Assembly (NCBI GenBank): GCA_963666985.2
Contig: CAXXIA010000001.1
Coordinates: 1,472,048 to 1,536,047, forward strand
DNA from: Spirochaetia bacterium
Lineage (GTDB): Bacteria; Spirochaetota; Spirochaetia; DSM-2461
Reading direction: 5' to 3'
DNA: 64,000 bases
The translations under genes were made by a program, and so were the position numbers. This document shows positions 48,409-58,062 of the stretch, one piece after another (the first letter of the stretch is position 1; each line of letters opens with the position of its first letter). The notes under the pieces are model-generated. The model saw only the letters and a program-made list of their open reading frames with translations, was not told where the DNA came from and made no database searches.

Positions 48409-49545
48409 TTATTCTTTATGGAAGCAAGGCTTTTCCAGAAATCGGGAGTAGATTGAAACGGCATTCGTCAACTCTTCTTCATCGATATATTCATCGGCGG
48501 TATGCGCCTGGTCCATGCTTCCGGGACCTATGATGATAATCGGGCAATCAAACCTGCCGGCGAAAACCGATCCGTCGGTATAAGCGCGGATTCCCATCGG
48601 AACCGATTGCCCGACCAGATGCAGCGCTTCCCGGACAAACCCATTTTCCGGTTTCGTTTCAAAGGCCCGCCTGTGATTAAGAACCTCGACACGAATTTCA
48701 CTTTCATTACCAACCGAGCGAACCGCCGATTCCACTTCACGAAAAAGATGCGCATCGGTTATCAAAGGAGGATATCGAATATCAAGGACGGCTTCCGCGG
48801 AATCGGGAACAATGTTCGGACTACGCCCGCCGCTTATGCCGCCCCAATTGATCGTCAGCGCTCCGAGCAGGGGATGAGTTTCGCTCCGCAGCGCATTTTT
48901 TACAGCTGAAACCGCACGAACGCAACTTTCAATCGCATTGACGCCCCGTTCCGGATACGCGCCGTGCGAGGCCGATCCCTTCGTGCTTATTCTCAGCCAG
49001 AGCGCTCCTTTCTGGGCGGTAACGATACGGTTCCCGCTCGGTTCGCCGATGATGATTGCGGTGAGTTCCGGAATATCCGTACGCTCGCAGACGGCGCGGG
49101 AACCCAGACAATCGGTTTCTTCTCCGGCGGTCCATACCAGAAAAACATCCTGTCTTAATTTCTCCGGGTTGAGGCTTTGCTTCATCAGTACGTGCAGCTG
49201 ACATGCCAGAGAACCCTTCATATCGGCCGTCCCGCGCCCGATCAAACGATGTCCGCTGCGAACAAGTATTAAAGGATCGCCGGTCCATCCTTCCGATGTG
49301 GGCACGGTATCCATATGTCCGTTTAAAACGATCGGAGGTCTCTCTGGATGAGAAGCCCGAAGACGAACGATGAGATTGGCCCGATTGCTTCCGAGATCCC
49401 GAATTTCCGCATCCACGCCAAACGGCTTGAGTATCGTTCGGATTTCGGAAGCAAACCGCTTTTCGTTACCCGGAGGATTCCTCGTATCGATCGACACAAA
49501 GAGTTTCAGGAGTTCACAGGGCGATGGAATGTTTTTTTCTTTCAT
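48409..49545 (-). CDS. M20 metallopeptidase (ArgE/DapE-like)
   Basis: NGHMDTVP, GRGTADMKG, GEE, GEPS, AHTADE; start could be 49620. Confidence 0.85.
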   Translation of the reverse strand: MKEKNIPSPCELLKLFVSIDTRNPPGNEKRFASEIRTILKPFGVDAEIRDLGSNRANLIVRLRASHPERPPIVLNGHMDTVPTSEGWTGDPLILVRSGHRLIGRGTADMKGSLACQLHVLMKQSLNPEKLRQDVFLVWTAGEETDCLGSRAVCERTDIPELTAIIIGEPSGNRIVTAQKGALWLRISTKGSASHGAYPERGVNAIESCVRAVSAVKNALRSETHPLLGALTINWGGISGGRSPNIVPDSAEAVLDIRYPPLITDAHLFREVESAVRSVGNESEIRVEVLNHRRAFETKPENGFVREALHLVGQSVPMGIRAYTDGSVFAGRFDCPIIIIGPGSMDQAHTADEYIDEEELTNAVSIYSRFLEKPCFHKE

Positions 49546-49651
49546 ATCGAAAAACAAACGCCTTTCCTTCGGCCGTTCAGGCTCAGGTCCCGCTTTTCGC
49601 ATCCGATCGGGTGAAAGCATGCGGCGCGGGAATCAACGAGTCATTTTCGGA

Positions 49652-50395
49652 TCAGCGGGTTACCCAGCCGACGAGCCCCTGCCACAGAGCGGCATAGTAT
49701 TCCCAAGTGACGAACTCAGGGGGAGCCCAATGAGGCGCGCAGTCGGTTGTAAACGCACAGCTGCGCCCTTCTCCATAGGTTCCGAAGGCGACCAGCGGAT
49801 CGTCCCCGACAAGAACCGGAACCTCCGCTTCGTCTTTGGCTACGGTTCTGTTGTACCCCAAGATGGCGGGCCAGTCCTTGGGAAGTCCCGCAAGAGCCGG
49901 ATGATCCGCCACGACTTTGGGAGCGATTCCTTCACAATGCTCCATACGGTCGTCCACATTGAGAATCTTAACGGGCAGCACATCCTGAACCGCCGTATCC
50001 TGCCATTTCCCTTTCGCGTCGACACCGGAGAAAGTCAGATATCCGCCGACCATCAGAAGCGCTCCGCCGCCGAGGACGTAATCGCGAATAAGGTCGCAGC
50101 GGTTGGGCCGCGCCTGACTCTTAATAAACGTTTCATCCGGCAGAAGAAGGGTATTGGAACCGATATCCGAGAGGATAATACAGGCATATTCCTTCAAAGC
50201 ATGAAGCTCAAAAGGAAATTGCCGGCCGGCCAGATGGTTGGGAAGAAATTCCACGTCGTATCCTCCGCTTTCCAAGGCCGCCTTGAGCCACTTTTCGCCG
50301 GTTTCATACGTTGATGTAAAAAAACAGTCGGCTCCTTTCACATGAGTCGTGTGACTCATCCAGGATTCCCCGGCAAGCAAGACTCTTTTGTTCAT
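49652..50395 (-). CDS. DUF1355 / class I glutamine amidotransferase-like protein
   Basis: VLLAGESW..HTTHVKG, ILSDIGSNTLL, LLMVGGYLTFSG, TTDCAPHW. Confidence 0.82.
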   Translation of the reverse strand: MNKRVLLAGESWMSHTTHVKGADCFFTSTYETGEKWLKAALESGGYDVEFLPNHLAGRQFPFELHALKEYACIILSDIGSNTLLLPDETFIKSQARPNRCDLIRDYVLGGGALLMVGGYLTFSGVDAKGKWQDTAVQDVLPVKILNVDDRMEHCEGIAPKVVADHPALAGLPKDWPAILGYNRTVAKDEAEVPVLVGDDPLVAFGTYGEGRSCAFTTDCAPHWAPPEFVTWEYYAALWQGLVGWVTR

Positions 50396-50406
50396 ATGTT
50401 CTCCTG

Positions 50407-51684
50407 TTATTCCCGCGTGCACCAGCCGAGAATCAGCTCGGCATAGACACGGATGGTTTCAAGATAAGATTCGACGGACAGATATTCGTCGACGGAATGA
50501 CATTGTTCAAGATTTCCGGGGCCGTACTGAACTGTCGGGCACCCGGCGATATTTTTCCAGATTCGTGAATCGCTCCCCGCCGGAGATCCGGCGATTACGG
50601 ATTTTTCATTCGTAACCGTTTGAACGGCGTTTCGAAAAGCTCCGACGAACGTATGGTCCGCATCCATTTGGAAGGCCCCCCCCGCTTGGTACATGGACAG
50701 TTCCGGAGGGTGCGTCCGAAGCCATGGATCTTCCCGGCATACACTCTCAAGAGCATTTCCGAAATCCTCTTCAACGGTCCGTGCATCCATCACGTCCGGA
50801 AGATAATGAATACAGACATCAAAAACGCAGGAACCGGCCACGGTTGAAGCGCTGCTGCCGCCTGAAATCAAACCGACATTAAGACTGGGAGACGGAAGCA
50901 GAGGATGTTTGTAAAGTTTGTTCCAGCGCCGCTCCAAATCGTCCAAAGACCGGATGAACCGCAGAGCCTTTTCGATCGCGCTGACACCGAGCCATTTGCT
51001 TCCCGAATGATTCGCCTTTCCAACCACGGAAACTTTATAGAACACGAATCCCATATGGGCGATGATCATTTCGCCCCCGGTGGGTTCACAAACCACAACT
51101 CCGTCGGCCCTGACTCCGTTCATCGCGGCCTGAAGGGACCCGTTGCCCCCGCCCTCTTCGTCGACAACGGATGCGAAAAGAACATCGCCGGGTAATTCGC
51201 CCGCCGCCTCTTTCACGAGCTGAAGCGCCATTACCGACGCCATAAGCCCGCCCTTCATGTCGCAGACGCCAAGCCCGTAAAGTCTCCCGTCGCGCAGTGT
51301 CGGCCGCAGGGGCGGAGAATGCCACAGGGATTCGTCTCCGGCTTCCATGGTATCCATATGGCCGTTAAAGAGAAGACTCCGTCCGCCCTTCCCCCGAAAA
51401 GTCGCGTAGAGATTGTACCGTTGATCGTAATTATGTCCGGGATTTCCTTCGCCGTACCGTTCGATACCGCGGGCGATAATCTCTTCACGCATGGGATCGG
51501 CAACGACTTTCTCGGCACCCAGCTCTCGAAAAAGTTCCGCCAGGTAATCCTGTCCGTCTTTTTCCCTGCCGCCGTCGATTCCGAATCCTTTATGCCGGGT
51601 ATCGATGGCCGTCAGTTCCATCAGATGCTTTACATACGTTTCTTTCCGACTCTTCCAGATATCATCAATCGATTTCATATTCAT
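50407..51684 (-). CDS. M20 ArgE/DapE-family deacylase
   Basis: FNGHMDT, GLGVCDMKGG, VDEEGGGNG, CEPT, CHSVDE. Confidence 0.88.
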   Translation of the reverse strand: MNMKSIDDIWKSRKETYVKHLMELTAIDTRHKGFGIDGGREKDGQDYLAELFRELGAEKVVADPMREEIIARGIERYGEGNPGHNYDQRYNLYATFRGKGGRSLLFNGHMDTMEAGDESLWHSPPLRPTLRDGRLYGLGVCDMKGGLMASVMALQLVKEAAGELPGDVLFASVVDEEGGGNGSLQAAMNGVRADGVVVCEPTGGEMIIAHMGFVFYKVSVVGKANHSGSKWLGVSAIEKALRFIRSLDDLERRWNKLYKHPLLPSPSLNVGLISGGSSASTVAGSCVFDVCIHYLPDVMDARTVEEDFGNALESVCREDPWLRTHPPELSMYQAGGAFQMDADHTFVGAFRNAVQTVTNEKSVIAGSPAGSDSRIWKNIAGCPTVQYGPGNLEQCHSVDEYLSVESYLETIRVYAELILGWCTRE

Positions 51685-51740
51685 TCACACCTCAAGTCGT
51701 TTTCTCCAGGACAATCCGTACGGCCAAACAAGAGGAAACG

Positions 51741-52709
51741 CTAAACTGCGGCCGATTCAGCGGACACGCCTTTTCCGGAGAGAGAAAAAAGAGAACTCTT
51801 TTTTCGTCGGTCGCGAGAAATCTTCATGGCCATGGAAAGTGAAAGGACAAAAACCGTTACGACATAAGGCATAAGAAGAACGAACTGGGCCGGAACTCCA
51901 TAGGCCTGAAGCCGGGAGCCGACGGAATCCGCAAATCCGAAAACCAGACATCCTGCTGCCGTCAGCAGAGGATCGGCTCCCCCGAAGAACATCGCCGCCA
52001 CCCCCATAAAACCGCGTCCGTTGGTCATGTTTTCGGTAAACATTCGGCTGTACCCGAGAGAAAGATGCGCTCCGGCGAGTCCGCCGATCAGACCGGAAAT
52101 GGCCAGAGCCTGGTAGCGCAGGGCGTTCACGCCTATGCCGGAAGTCTGCGCCGCCATAGGAAAACGGCCGACGGCCCGCAAACGCAGCCCCCAGACGGTT
52201 TTGTAGAGGAAAAACGACATCGCCGCAATTAAGATAATCATGAAGACTTCCGTTATGGACCAATCATTGAAAATCGCATTGAGTCCTTCATGCGCTTCCA
52301 GAAAAGAAAAATGGATTTTCGGAATCCCGACAATCCCCGGCTCCGAGAAAGAACCGCTTTTTCCCAGAAGCGCTTTAAGCAGAAACTTCGTGATGGCGAT
52401 GGCGAACATATTCATGCCGATTCCGATGGCCGTGATTTCCGCATTGTATCGAATATGCCCCACGGCGATGATGAGAGCCATCAAAAGACCCGCGATCATG
52501 GCCGCCAAAACACCGAAGATCCAGCTTCCCGTGAAAAAACTCACCGTAACCGCCGTAAAAGCGCCGACAAGCATTATTCCTTCCGTTCCGATGTTCAGGA
52601 TATTCGCCTGCTGCGTAACCGACGCGCACAGGGCGGCATAAATAACCGGAGTAGCGGACCGAATCGTCGCGTAAATAAGTGATGAACTGAAAATTCTCGA
52701 AAATTCCAT
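51741..52709 (-). CDS. Nucleoside-type ABC transporter permease
   Basis: LNIGTEG, GLRLRAVG, GRGFMGVAA, LMPYVVT. Confidence 0.88.
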   Translation of the reverse strand: MEFSRIFSSSLIYATIRSATPVIYAALCASVTQQANILNIGTEGIMLVGAFTAVTVSFFTGSWIFGVLAAMIAGLLMALIIAVGHIRYNAEITAIGIGMNMFAIAITKFLLKALLGKSGSFSEPGIVGIPKIHFSFLEAHEGLNAIFNDWSITEVFMIILIAAMSFFLYKTVWGLRLRAVGRFPMAAQTSGIGVNALRYQALAISGLIGGLAGAHLSLGYSRMFTENMTNGRGFMGVAAMFFGGADPLLTAAGCLVFGFADSVGSRLQAYGVPAQFVLLMPYVVTVFVLSLSMAMKISRDRRKKSSLFSLSGKGVSAESAAV

Positions 52710-52721
52710 GCCTTGCCCCCG

Positions 52722-53780
52722 CTATGCTTCCGATTTCTTATTCCGCTTCTTCCGCGAAACCTGAAAAAGACCTTCCATCGTTCCCACGATGATGAAAATG
52801 GCGGTAATGGTATCCACGATGGATTTGGGTACATCCGTCGCCTGCTGCAGTCCCAAGGCTCCGGATTTCAAAGCCCCCAGGATAAAGGCCATTACGGGAA
52901 CGAGAATTAGATTGTTCTTCACAATCAGCGAAACGAGCATCCCGTTGAACCCGACGCCGGCCGCGAAGTTGTCCAGGTAATACCCGTGCACTCCGAGAAT
53001 CTCAACGGCTCCGGCGATGCCTCCCAGAACTCCGCTCAAAACCATCGCCTTAACCAGCATTGTTTTGGGATTAATCCCGACATATTCGGCATGAAGAGGA
53101 TTGGTGCCGATGGCTCGAATCTTAAAACCGAAAGTTGTTTTCCTCAGCAGCCAAATAGTCGCAAGGGTTACCAAAGCCGCAACGACAATCCCCACATTGG
53201 CGCTGCTCGGCCGCAAAAACTGATGGAGCCTCACTTGATCGGCTACGGGAAGCGACTGGGCGTTGGCAACACCGGCGCTCATGGGACCGGTGACGAAATA
53301 CGATGTGATGTTGTAAGCGACGTAGTTCAGAAGAATGGTGGAACAAACCTCGCTCACTCTGTAATACGCCTTCAGTAAACCGGGAATTAATGCCCAGAGG
53401 GCGGCAGCGGCCATGGCGCCGAGAAAACAGGCGGCCAGATGAAGGATTTTCGGCAGAAAGGTCCAATGGATGCCGATATACGCGGCCACGAGACCGCCGA
53501 GGAAGACTTCTCCTTCAACGCCCACATTAAACGCCCCGCCCTTGGCCCCTACAGCGAAAGCCAGCGCCGTCAGCATCAGCGGAGTGAAATTGGCCAGGGT
53601 ATTCCCGAAATTAAGTTTTCCCCTGAAGGCTCCTCGAAACAAAGCGACATAAGAGCGAAGCGGATTTTCCTTGATAAGGAGAATAAAAAGAGCTCCGACG
53701 GCAAGAGAAAGCAGCAAGATATAGAACAGCCTTCGTCCCGCTTCAAGCAGGGCGAAGTTTTTTCCAAGCGGGTTATTCAT
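52722..53780 (-). CDS. Nucleoside-type ABC transporter permease
   Basis: FNVGVEG, EVCSTILLNY, GFKIRAIGTNP, GVGFNG. Confidence 0.88.
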   Translation of the reverse strand: MNNPLGKNFALLEAGRRLFYILLLSLAVGALFILLIKENPLRSYVALFRGAFRGKLNFGNTLANFTPLMLTALAFAVGAKGGAFNVGVEGEVFLGGLVAAYIGIHWTFLPKILHLAACFLGAMAAAALWALIPGLLKAYYRVSEVCSTILLNYVAYNITSYFVTGPMSAGVANAQSLPVADQVRLHQFLRPSSANVGIVVAALVTLATIWLLRKTTFGFKIRAIGTNPLHAEYVGINPKTMLVKAMVLSGVLGGIAGAVEILGVHGYYLDNFAAGVGFNGMLVSLIVKNNLILVPVMAFILGALKSGALGLQQATDVPKSIVDTITAIFIIVGTMEGLFQVSRKKRNKKSEA

Positions 53781-55290
53781 ATGTTCGTTTCCCTCCCATC
53801 ATGAGGATTCCGAGGTCGGTCTCGTTTGCCGATTTTTTATCCAGTTCCCCCGTAATGCGTCCTTCGTGCATCACGATTATCCGATCCGAAAGAGAAAGAA
53901 TCTCCTCCAGATCCGCGGAAACCAGCAGAATGGCGGCGCCCCGACGCTTCACGTCTTCCAAAGTATTGCGAATGGATTCGATGGCCCCGATATCAACGCC
54001 CCGAGTAGGCTGTGAGGCTATCAGAACCTTGCTTCCGACGGAGACTTCCCTGGCCACCACGACTTTTTGCGCGTTCCCCCCGGAAAGAGAGGAGGTACTC
54101 ATCCGCGGATCGCGCGGACGGATATCGTACGCTTCGGCCAAATCGGCGGAATAGGCATCGGCCGCCGCGGTATCGACGATATGGTGCCGGGAAAAACGTT
54201 CGTCCAGCTGAGATGATATGAGATTCTCCATAATGGAAAAACTTCGGTTCAGCCCCCGTGTATTGCGATTTTCAGGGATATGGGCAAGGCCCGCCTTCCG
54301 CTTTTTTCCCGGACTCAAACGGGAAATATCCCTGCCTTCGAGGAAAACAGAACCGCGTTCAACCGGACGGAGACCGGTAATCGCTTCAACCAATTCGCTC
54401 TGACCGTTCCCGTCGACGCCGGCAACGCCTAAAATCTCACCGCTTCGGATTTCGAACGAGACGCCTCGGATTTTGGACATTTCCTTTTCTCCGGACGTCC
54501 ACAGTTCTTCGATGCGCAGAACCGGTTCGCCGGGACTGGTTTCCGCCGTTCGAATATTCATCAGAACTTCCCGGCCTATCATCATCGTCGCCAAATCTTC
54601 TTTTGTCGTCCGTTCCTTCTCAACGGTTCCGATATGCCGTCCCTGCCGCATAACGCTGATCCGATCGGAGATGGTCATCACCTCATTGAGTTTATGGGAA
54701 ATAAAAACAATCGATTTTCCATCCGCTTTGATATTTCGTAAAATTCGAAAAAGGCCTTCCGTTTCCTGAGGAGTCAGAACCGCCGTCGGCTCGTCAAGAA
54801 TAATGGTGTCGGCTCCCCTCATCAGCACCTTGATGATTTCCACCCTCTGCGCTTCTCCGACGGAGATTTGATTCACTCTCTTGTCGAGCTGAACATCCAG
54901 GCCGTACTGATCGATAAAACGGCGAACTTCTTTTCGGGCTTGGGGGAAATCTATCAGCAGTCCGTTCCTCGGCTCAAACCCGAGAATAATGTTTTCCAAA
55001 ACCGTGAGTTCATCGACAAGCATGAATTCCTGATGAACCATGCCGATCCCCAGAGAAATCGACTTTTTGGGAGTCAGCTTCCCGGGATTCTCTCCGCCGA
55101 TGAGAATTTCACCGGAGGTGAGATCGTAAATCCCGTACAGCAATTTCATCATCGTGGATTTTCCGGTGCCGTTTTCACCGATAAGGGAATGAATCTCCCC
55201 CTTTCCCAATGAGAAACAGCCGTCTTTAACGGCATGCACCTCACCGAAATCCTTGACGATGTCCTTCATCTCGAAGGCATATTCGCTCAT
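53773..55290 (-). CDS. Nucleoside-type ABC transporter ATPase (double domain)
   Basis: GENGTGKST, GMVHQEF, LDEPTAVLTPQE, LSGGNAQK, QPTRGVD. Confidence 0.9.
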   Translation of the reverse strand: MSEYAFEMKDIVKDFGEVHAVKDGCFSLGKGEIHSLIGENGTGKSTMMKLLYGIYDLTSGEILIGGENPGKLTPKKSISLGIGMVHQEFMLVDELTVLENIILGFEPRNGLLIDFPQARKEVRRFIDQYGLDVQLDKRVNQISVGEAQRVEIIKVLMRGADTIILDEPTAVLTPQETEGLFRILRNIKADGKSIVFISHKLNEVMTISDRISVMRQGRHIGTVEKERTTKEDLATMMIGREVLMNIRTAETSPGEPVLRIEELWTSGEKEMSKIRGVSFEIRSGEILGVAGVDGNGQSELVEAITGLRPVERGSVFLEGRDISRLSPGKKRKAGLAHIPENRNTRGLNRSFSIMENLISSQLDERFSRHHIVDTAAADAYSADLAEAYDIRPRDPRMSTSSLSGGNAQKVVVAREVSVGSKVLIASQPTRGVDIGAIESIRNTLEDVKRRGAAILLVSADLEEILSLSDRIIVMHEGRITGELDKKSANETDLGILMMGGKRTYE

Positions 55291-55356
55291 TTTCGGAACT
55301 CCTCTCTTGGAATGCGATCGAGCATAATCGTGACATGCCGACGGAAGCAAAAGACC

Positions 55357-55391
55357 GAAGACTCCCGTCCCGTAACGGGAAGGAAGTCTCC
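55357..55391 (-). terminator. Intercistronic hairpin after the BMP gene
   Basis: Imperfect inverted repeat AGACTCCCGTCCCG/CGGGAAGGAAGTCT. Confidence 0.45.
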
Positions 55392-55427
55392 GTTTTACAG
55401 ATCTTCGCCGACAATCCCGGTTAAAGG

Positions 55428-56483
55428 TTATTGAGGACCGAAGCCCTTGTAATTGTTCACTTTGATTTCACCCGAGATAATCTTCTTTTGAAGCTCGGTG
55501 ATGGCCTCCGGGAGTTCTTCGGGGAATTGTTTTCCGAGGTGGGCGCGCATAACGCTCATATCCGTCAAGCTGACGCCGTTGTCGGCAACCGTCAGATACC
55601 GCCGTCCGCCGCCTTCGAAAGTGCCTTCGACAACCGACTGAATCAGCAGGTAGCACGCGGAATCCACGCGCTTGAGCATGGAGGTTAAAACAGAACCGGG
55701 CTGATCGTTATCCTGATTCAAATCGACGCCGATGGCGTACTTTCCGGCTTCCGCGGCGGCTTCGAGAATTCCGGTTCCCGTACCGGAAGCGACGTTCATA
55801 ACGATATCGGCGCCCTGCTGATACTGGGCGAGAGTCAATTCCTTACCTTTGAGCGGATCGTTCCAGGTACCGGCGAAAGACTGCAGGATTGTAATATCGG
55901 GATTGATATACTTGGCGCCCTGTTCGTATCCGATGAAAAAATCATGCAGTACGGGAATGTCCATGCCGCCGACCCAACCGATGACATCTTCATCGTTGAC
56001 TCCTTCAATATCGGACATTTCCGTGAATAGGGCCGCCGCCGCACCGGCAAGGAACGAACCCTGATTTTGAGCGAAACTCACGGAAACGATGTTGTCGCCT
56101 TCAACCGTCGTATCGATAACAGCGAACTTAACATCGGGATAGCCGGAACAATATTCTTCCATGTATTCCTGAAAGTTCGAAGAAGAACAGATCACCAGAT
56201 CATAACCGCCTTCCGCGACGGCGAGAAAATTCGCTCTCCACTCGTTGGCTTCCGTCCCTTCCAGGATTTTCAGTTCGATGCCGAAATCTTCTTCCGCCTT
56301 CAAGGCTCCGGCATAACAGGAATCGTTATAGGATTTGTCTCCCAAGTTCCCGGAAAATACAATCGCGACCTTTACGGCACCCGAATCGGCTGCGGATTCA
56401 CTCCCGCCGTTTGCGAATACAAAACATGGAATAAGTAAAGCCAAAAGGGCAACGCAAAATATTCTCAGATTTTTTTGGTACAT
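55428..56483 (-). CDS. BMP-family ABC substrate-binding protein
   Basis: GDKSYND, GSFLAGAAAA, WNDPLKGKE, GADIV, AIGVD..Q, TSMLKRVD. Confidence 0.9.
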   Translation of the reverse strand: MYQKNLRIFCVALLALLIPCFVFANGGSESAADSGAVKVAIVFSGNLGDKSYNDSCYAGALKAEEDFGIELKILEGTEANEWRANFLAVAEGGYDLVICSSSNFQEYMEEYCSGYPDVKFAVIDTTVEGDNIVSVSFAQNQGSFLAGAAAALFTEMSDIEGVNDEDVIGWVGGMDIPVLHDFFIGYEQGAKYINPDITILQSFAGTWNDPLKGKELTLAQYQQGADIVMNVASGTGTGILEAAAEAGKYAIGVDLNQDNDQPGSVLTSMLKRVDSACYLLIQSVVEGTFEGGGRRYLTVADNGVSLTDMSVMRAHLGKQFPEELPEAITELQKKIISGEIKVNNYKGFGPQ

Positions 56484-56582
56484 TTTTCTCTCCTTTTTTA
56501 AGAAACAGAGTTTGAAGAATCAGATTATAATCCAATTGGATATCCGATAAATCCTTATGAGAGCCTTTGAAGTCTAATTATA

Positions 56583-56662
56583 GTAAATCGTTTTACCTAC
56601 AGAAATATTTTCACCCCCTTTTTTACAAAGACTTCCGATAACCGCATAGTAAAATGTTTTAA
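56583..56662. promoter_or_regulatory. Two LacI-type operators
   Basis: GTAAATCGTTTTAC (56583-96) and GTAAAATGTTTTAA (56649-62), both preceded by ATA, in the AT-rich divergent spacer. Confidence 0.6.
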
Positions 56663-56901
56663 ATTTACCTATACGCCTTTGAAACATAGGATTTCTTATT
56701 ATTTAAAAGAAGCTCGGATCAAGTTGTCAATATGAATATTTGAAGATTTTTGAAAATAATCGCACAAAAAAACAACACTAATGTTTCTTTCCGTAATTGG
56801 ATGTACTTTTCAGCCATAAATGTCAAATCGGGCTTTTTCAAAAGAAATATTGCGGATTTCACTTTGCTTGGTCAAAATAGATTCCAAAAGGGAGAAGGGG
56901 G

Positions 56902-57927
56902 GTGAGTTTGAGAGTTACAATAACCGATATCGCCAAAAGAACCGGTTTTTCACCCACGACCATATCGCAGATATTGAACGGGAAAGGGAGCCGCTTCTCT
57001 GAAGAAACGAGGCAGATCGTTAAACAAGCCGTTCGGGAATCGGGTTATCGCCCGAATCAGATTGCCGTGAGCCTCGTTAAACGAACAACAAAAACTCTCG
57101 GCTTGATTATTTCCGATATCAGAAACGTCTTCTTCTCGAATCTTGCCAAAGGCGTGGAAGACAAGTGCTGGGAAATGGGATGGAATCTTATTCTCTGCAA
57201 CACCAACGATCTTCATGTCCGCGATTTGGAATCCATCAAGGTTCTGGCCGATAAAGGGGTGGACGGGATTCTTTATGCCATGGCTTCGGAATGCGATGCC
57301 GAAAAAGCCAATATGAGCCTGAATCTCATCGAATCGCTCAAAGTTCCTTATGTCATGCTCGACAGAACCCTCGGTGAACACCTCTGCAATATCGTCGCCA
57401 CGAATCATCAAAAAGGCGGTTATCTGGCAACGAAATATTTAATTGACGCAGGCCATGAGCGCATCGCCTGCATCACGGGACCGCTCTACCTCGACGATAC
57501 CAAACAGCGTTTGGACGGATATCGAACGGCTTTGTCCGAATCGTCGATTCCTTTCAGGCAATCGTTGATTTATGAAGGGAATTACACCCTTGAAAGCGGA
57601 ATGGACTCGATCAATGTTCTTAAAGAAGGCTCCTATACGGCCGTCTTCGCGTTCAACGACATGTCCGCATACGGCGTTTACAGCCGTCTCAGGGCAAAAG
57701 GCGCGGACATCCCCAACGATATCTCCATAGTCGGGTATGACGATATTTTCTTCTCGGAGCTTCTTGATGTTCCGCTGACTTCGGTCCATCAGCCCGTGTA
57801 TGAAGTCGGAACGGAAGCCGCGGCGCTCATTATCGGCGATACGGAAATCAATTCAAAAACTCCCCGGCAGGTTATTCTGGAACCAAGTTTGACGATTCGA
57901 AGCAGCGTCGCACGATGCAAATCCTAG
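56902..57927 (+). CDS. LacI-family transcriptional regulator
   Basis: TITDIAKRTGFSPTTIS, YRPN..A.SL, VDGI, FNDMSAYG, IPNDISIVGYDD, PLTSVHQP. Confidence 0.93.
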   Translation: MSLRVTITDIAKRTGFSPTTISQILNGKGSRFSEETRQIVKQAVRESGYRPNQIAVSLVKRTTKTLGLIISDIRNVFFSNLAKGVEDKCWEMGWNLILCNTNDLHVRDLESIKVLADKGVDGILYAMASECDAEKANMSLNLIESLKVPYVMLDRTLGEHLCNIVATNHQKGGYLATKYLIDAGHERIACITGPLYLDDTKQRLDGYRTALSESSIPFRQSLIYEGNYTLESGMDSINVLKEGSYTAVFAFNDMSAYGVYSRLRAKGADIPNDISIVGYDDIFFSELLDVPLTSVHQPVYEVGTEAAALIIGDTEINSKTPRQVILEPSLTIRSSVARCKS

Positions 57928-58062
57928 TTCGGTGTTCCGGTATCACTTTTTACAAAGCGGCATCTTGACGTTTTGGGTTTTCCGCGGAACCGCGCAGGAT
58001 TGAATCGGCATTCACCGGTAAAAAAACGGCTTTTCCGGATCCGGATATTTATAAACGTTCAA

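Noticed and set aside
47441..58030. CGGATAAAAAACG / CGGTAAAAAAACG as att-like boundaries of the catabolic island
   Set aside because: Short, imperfect and low complexity; no recombinase
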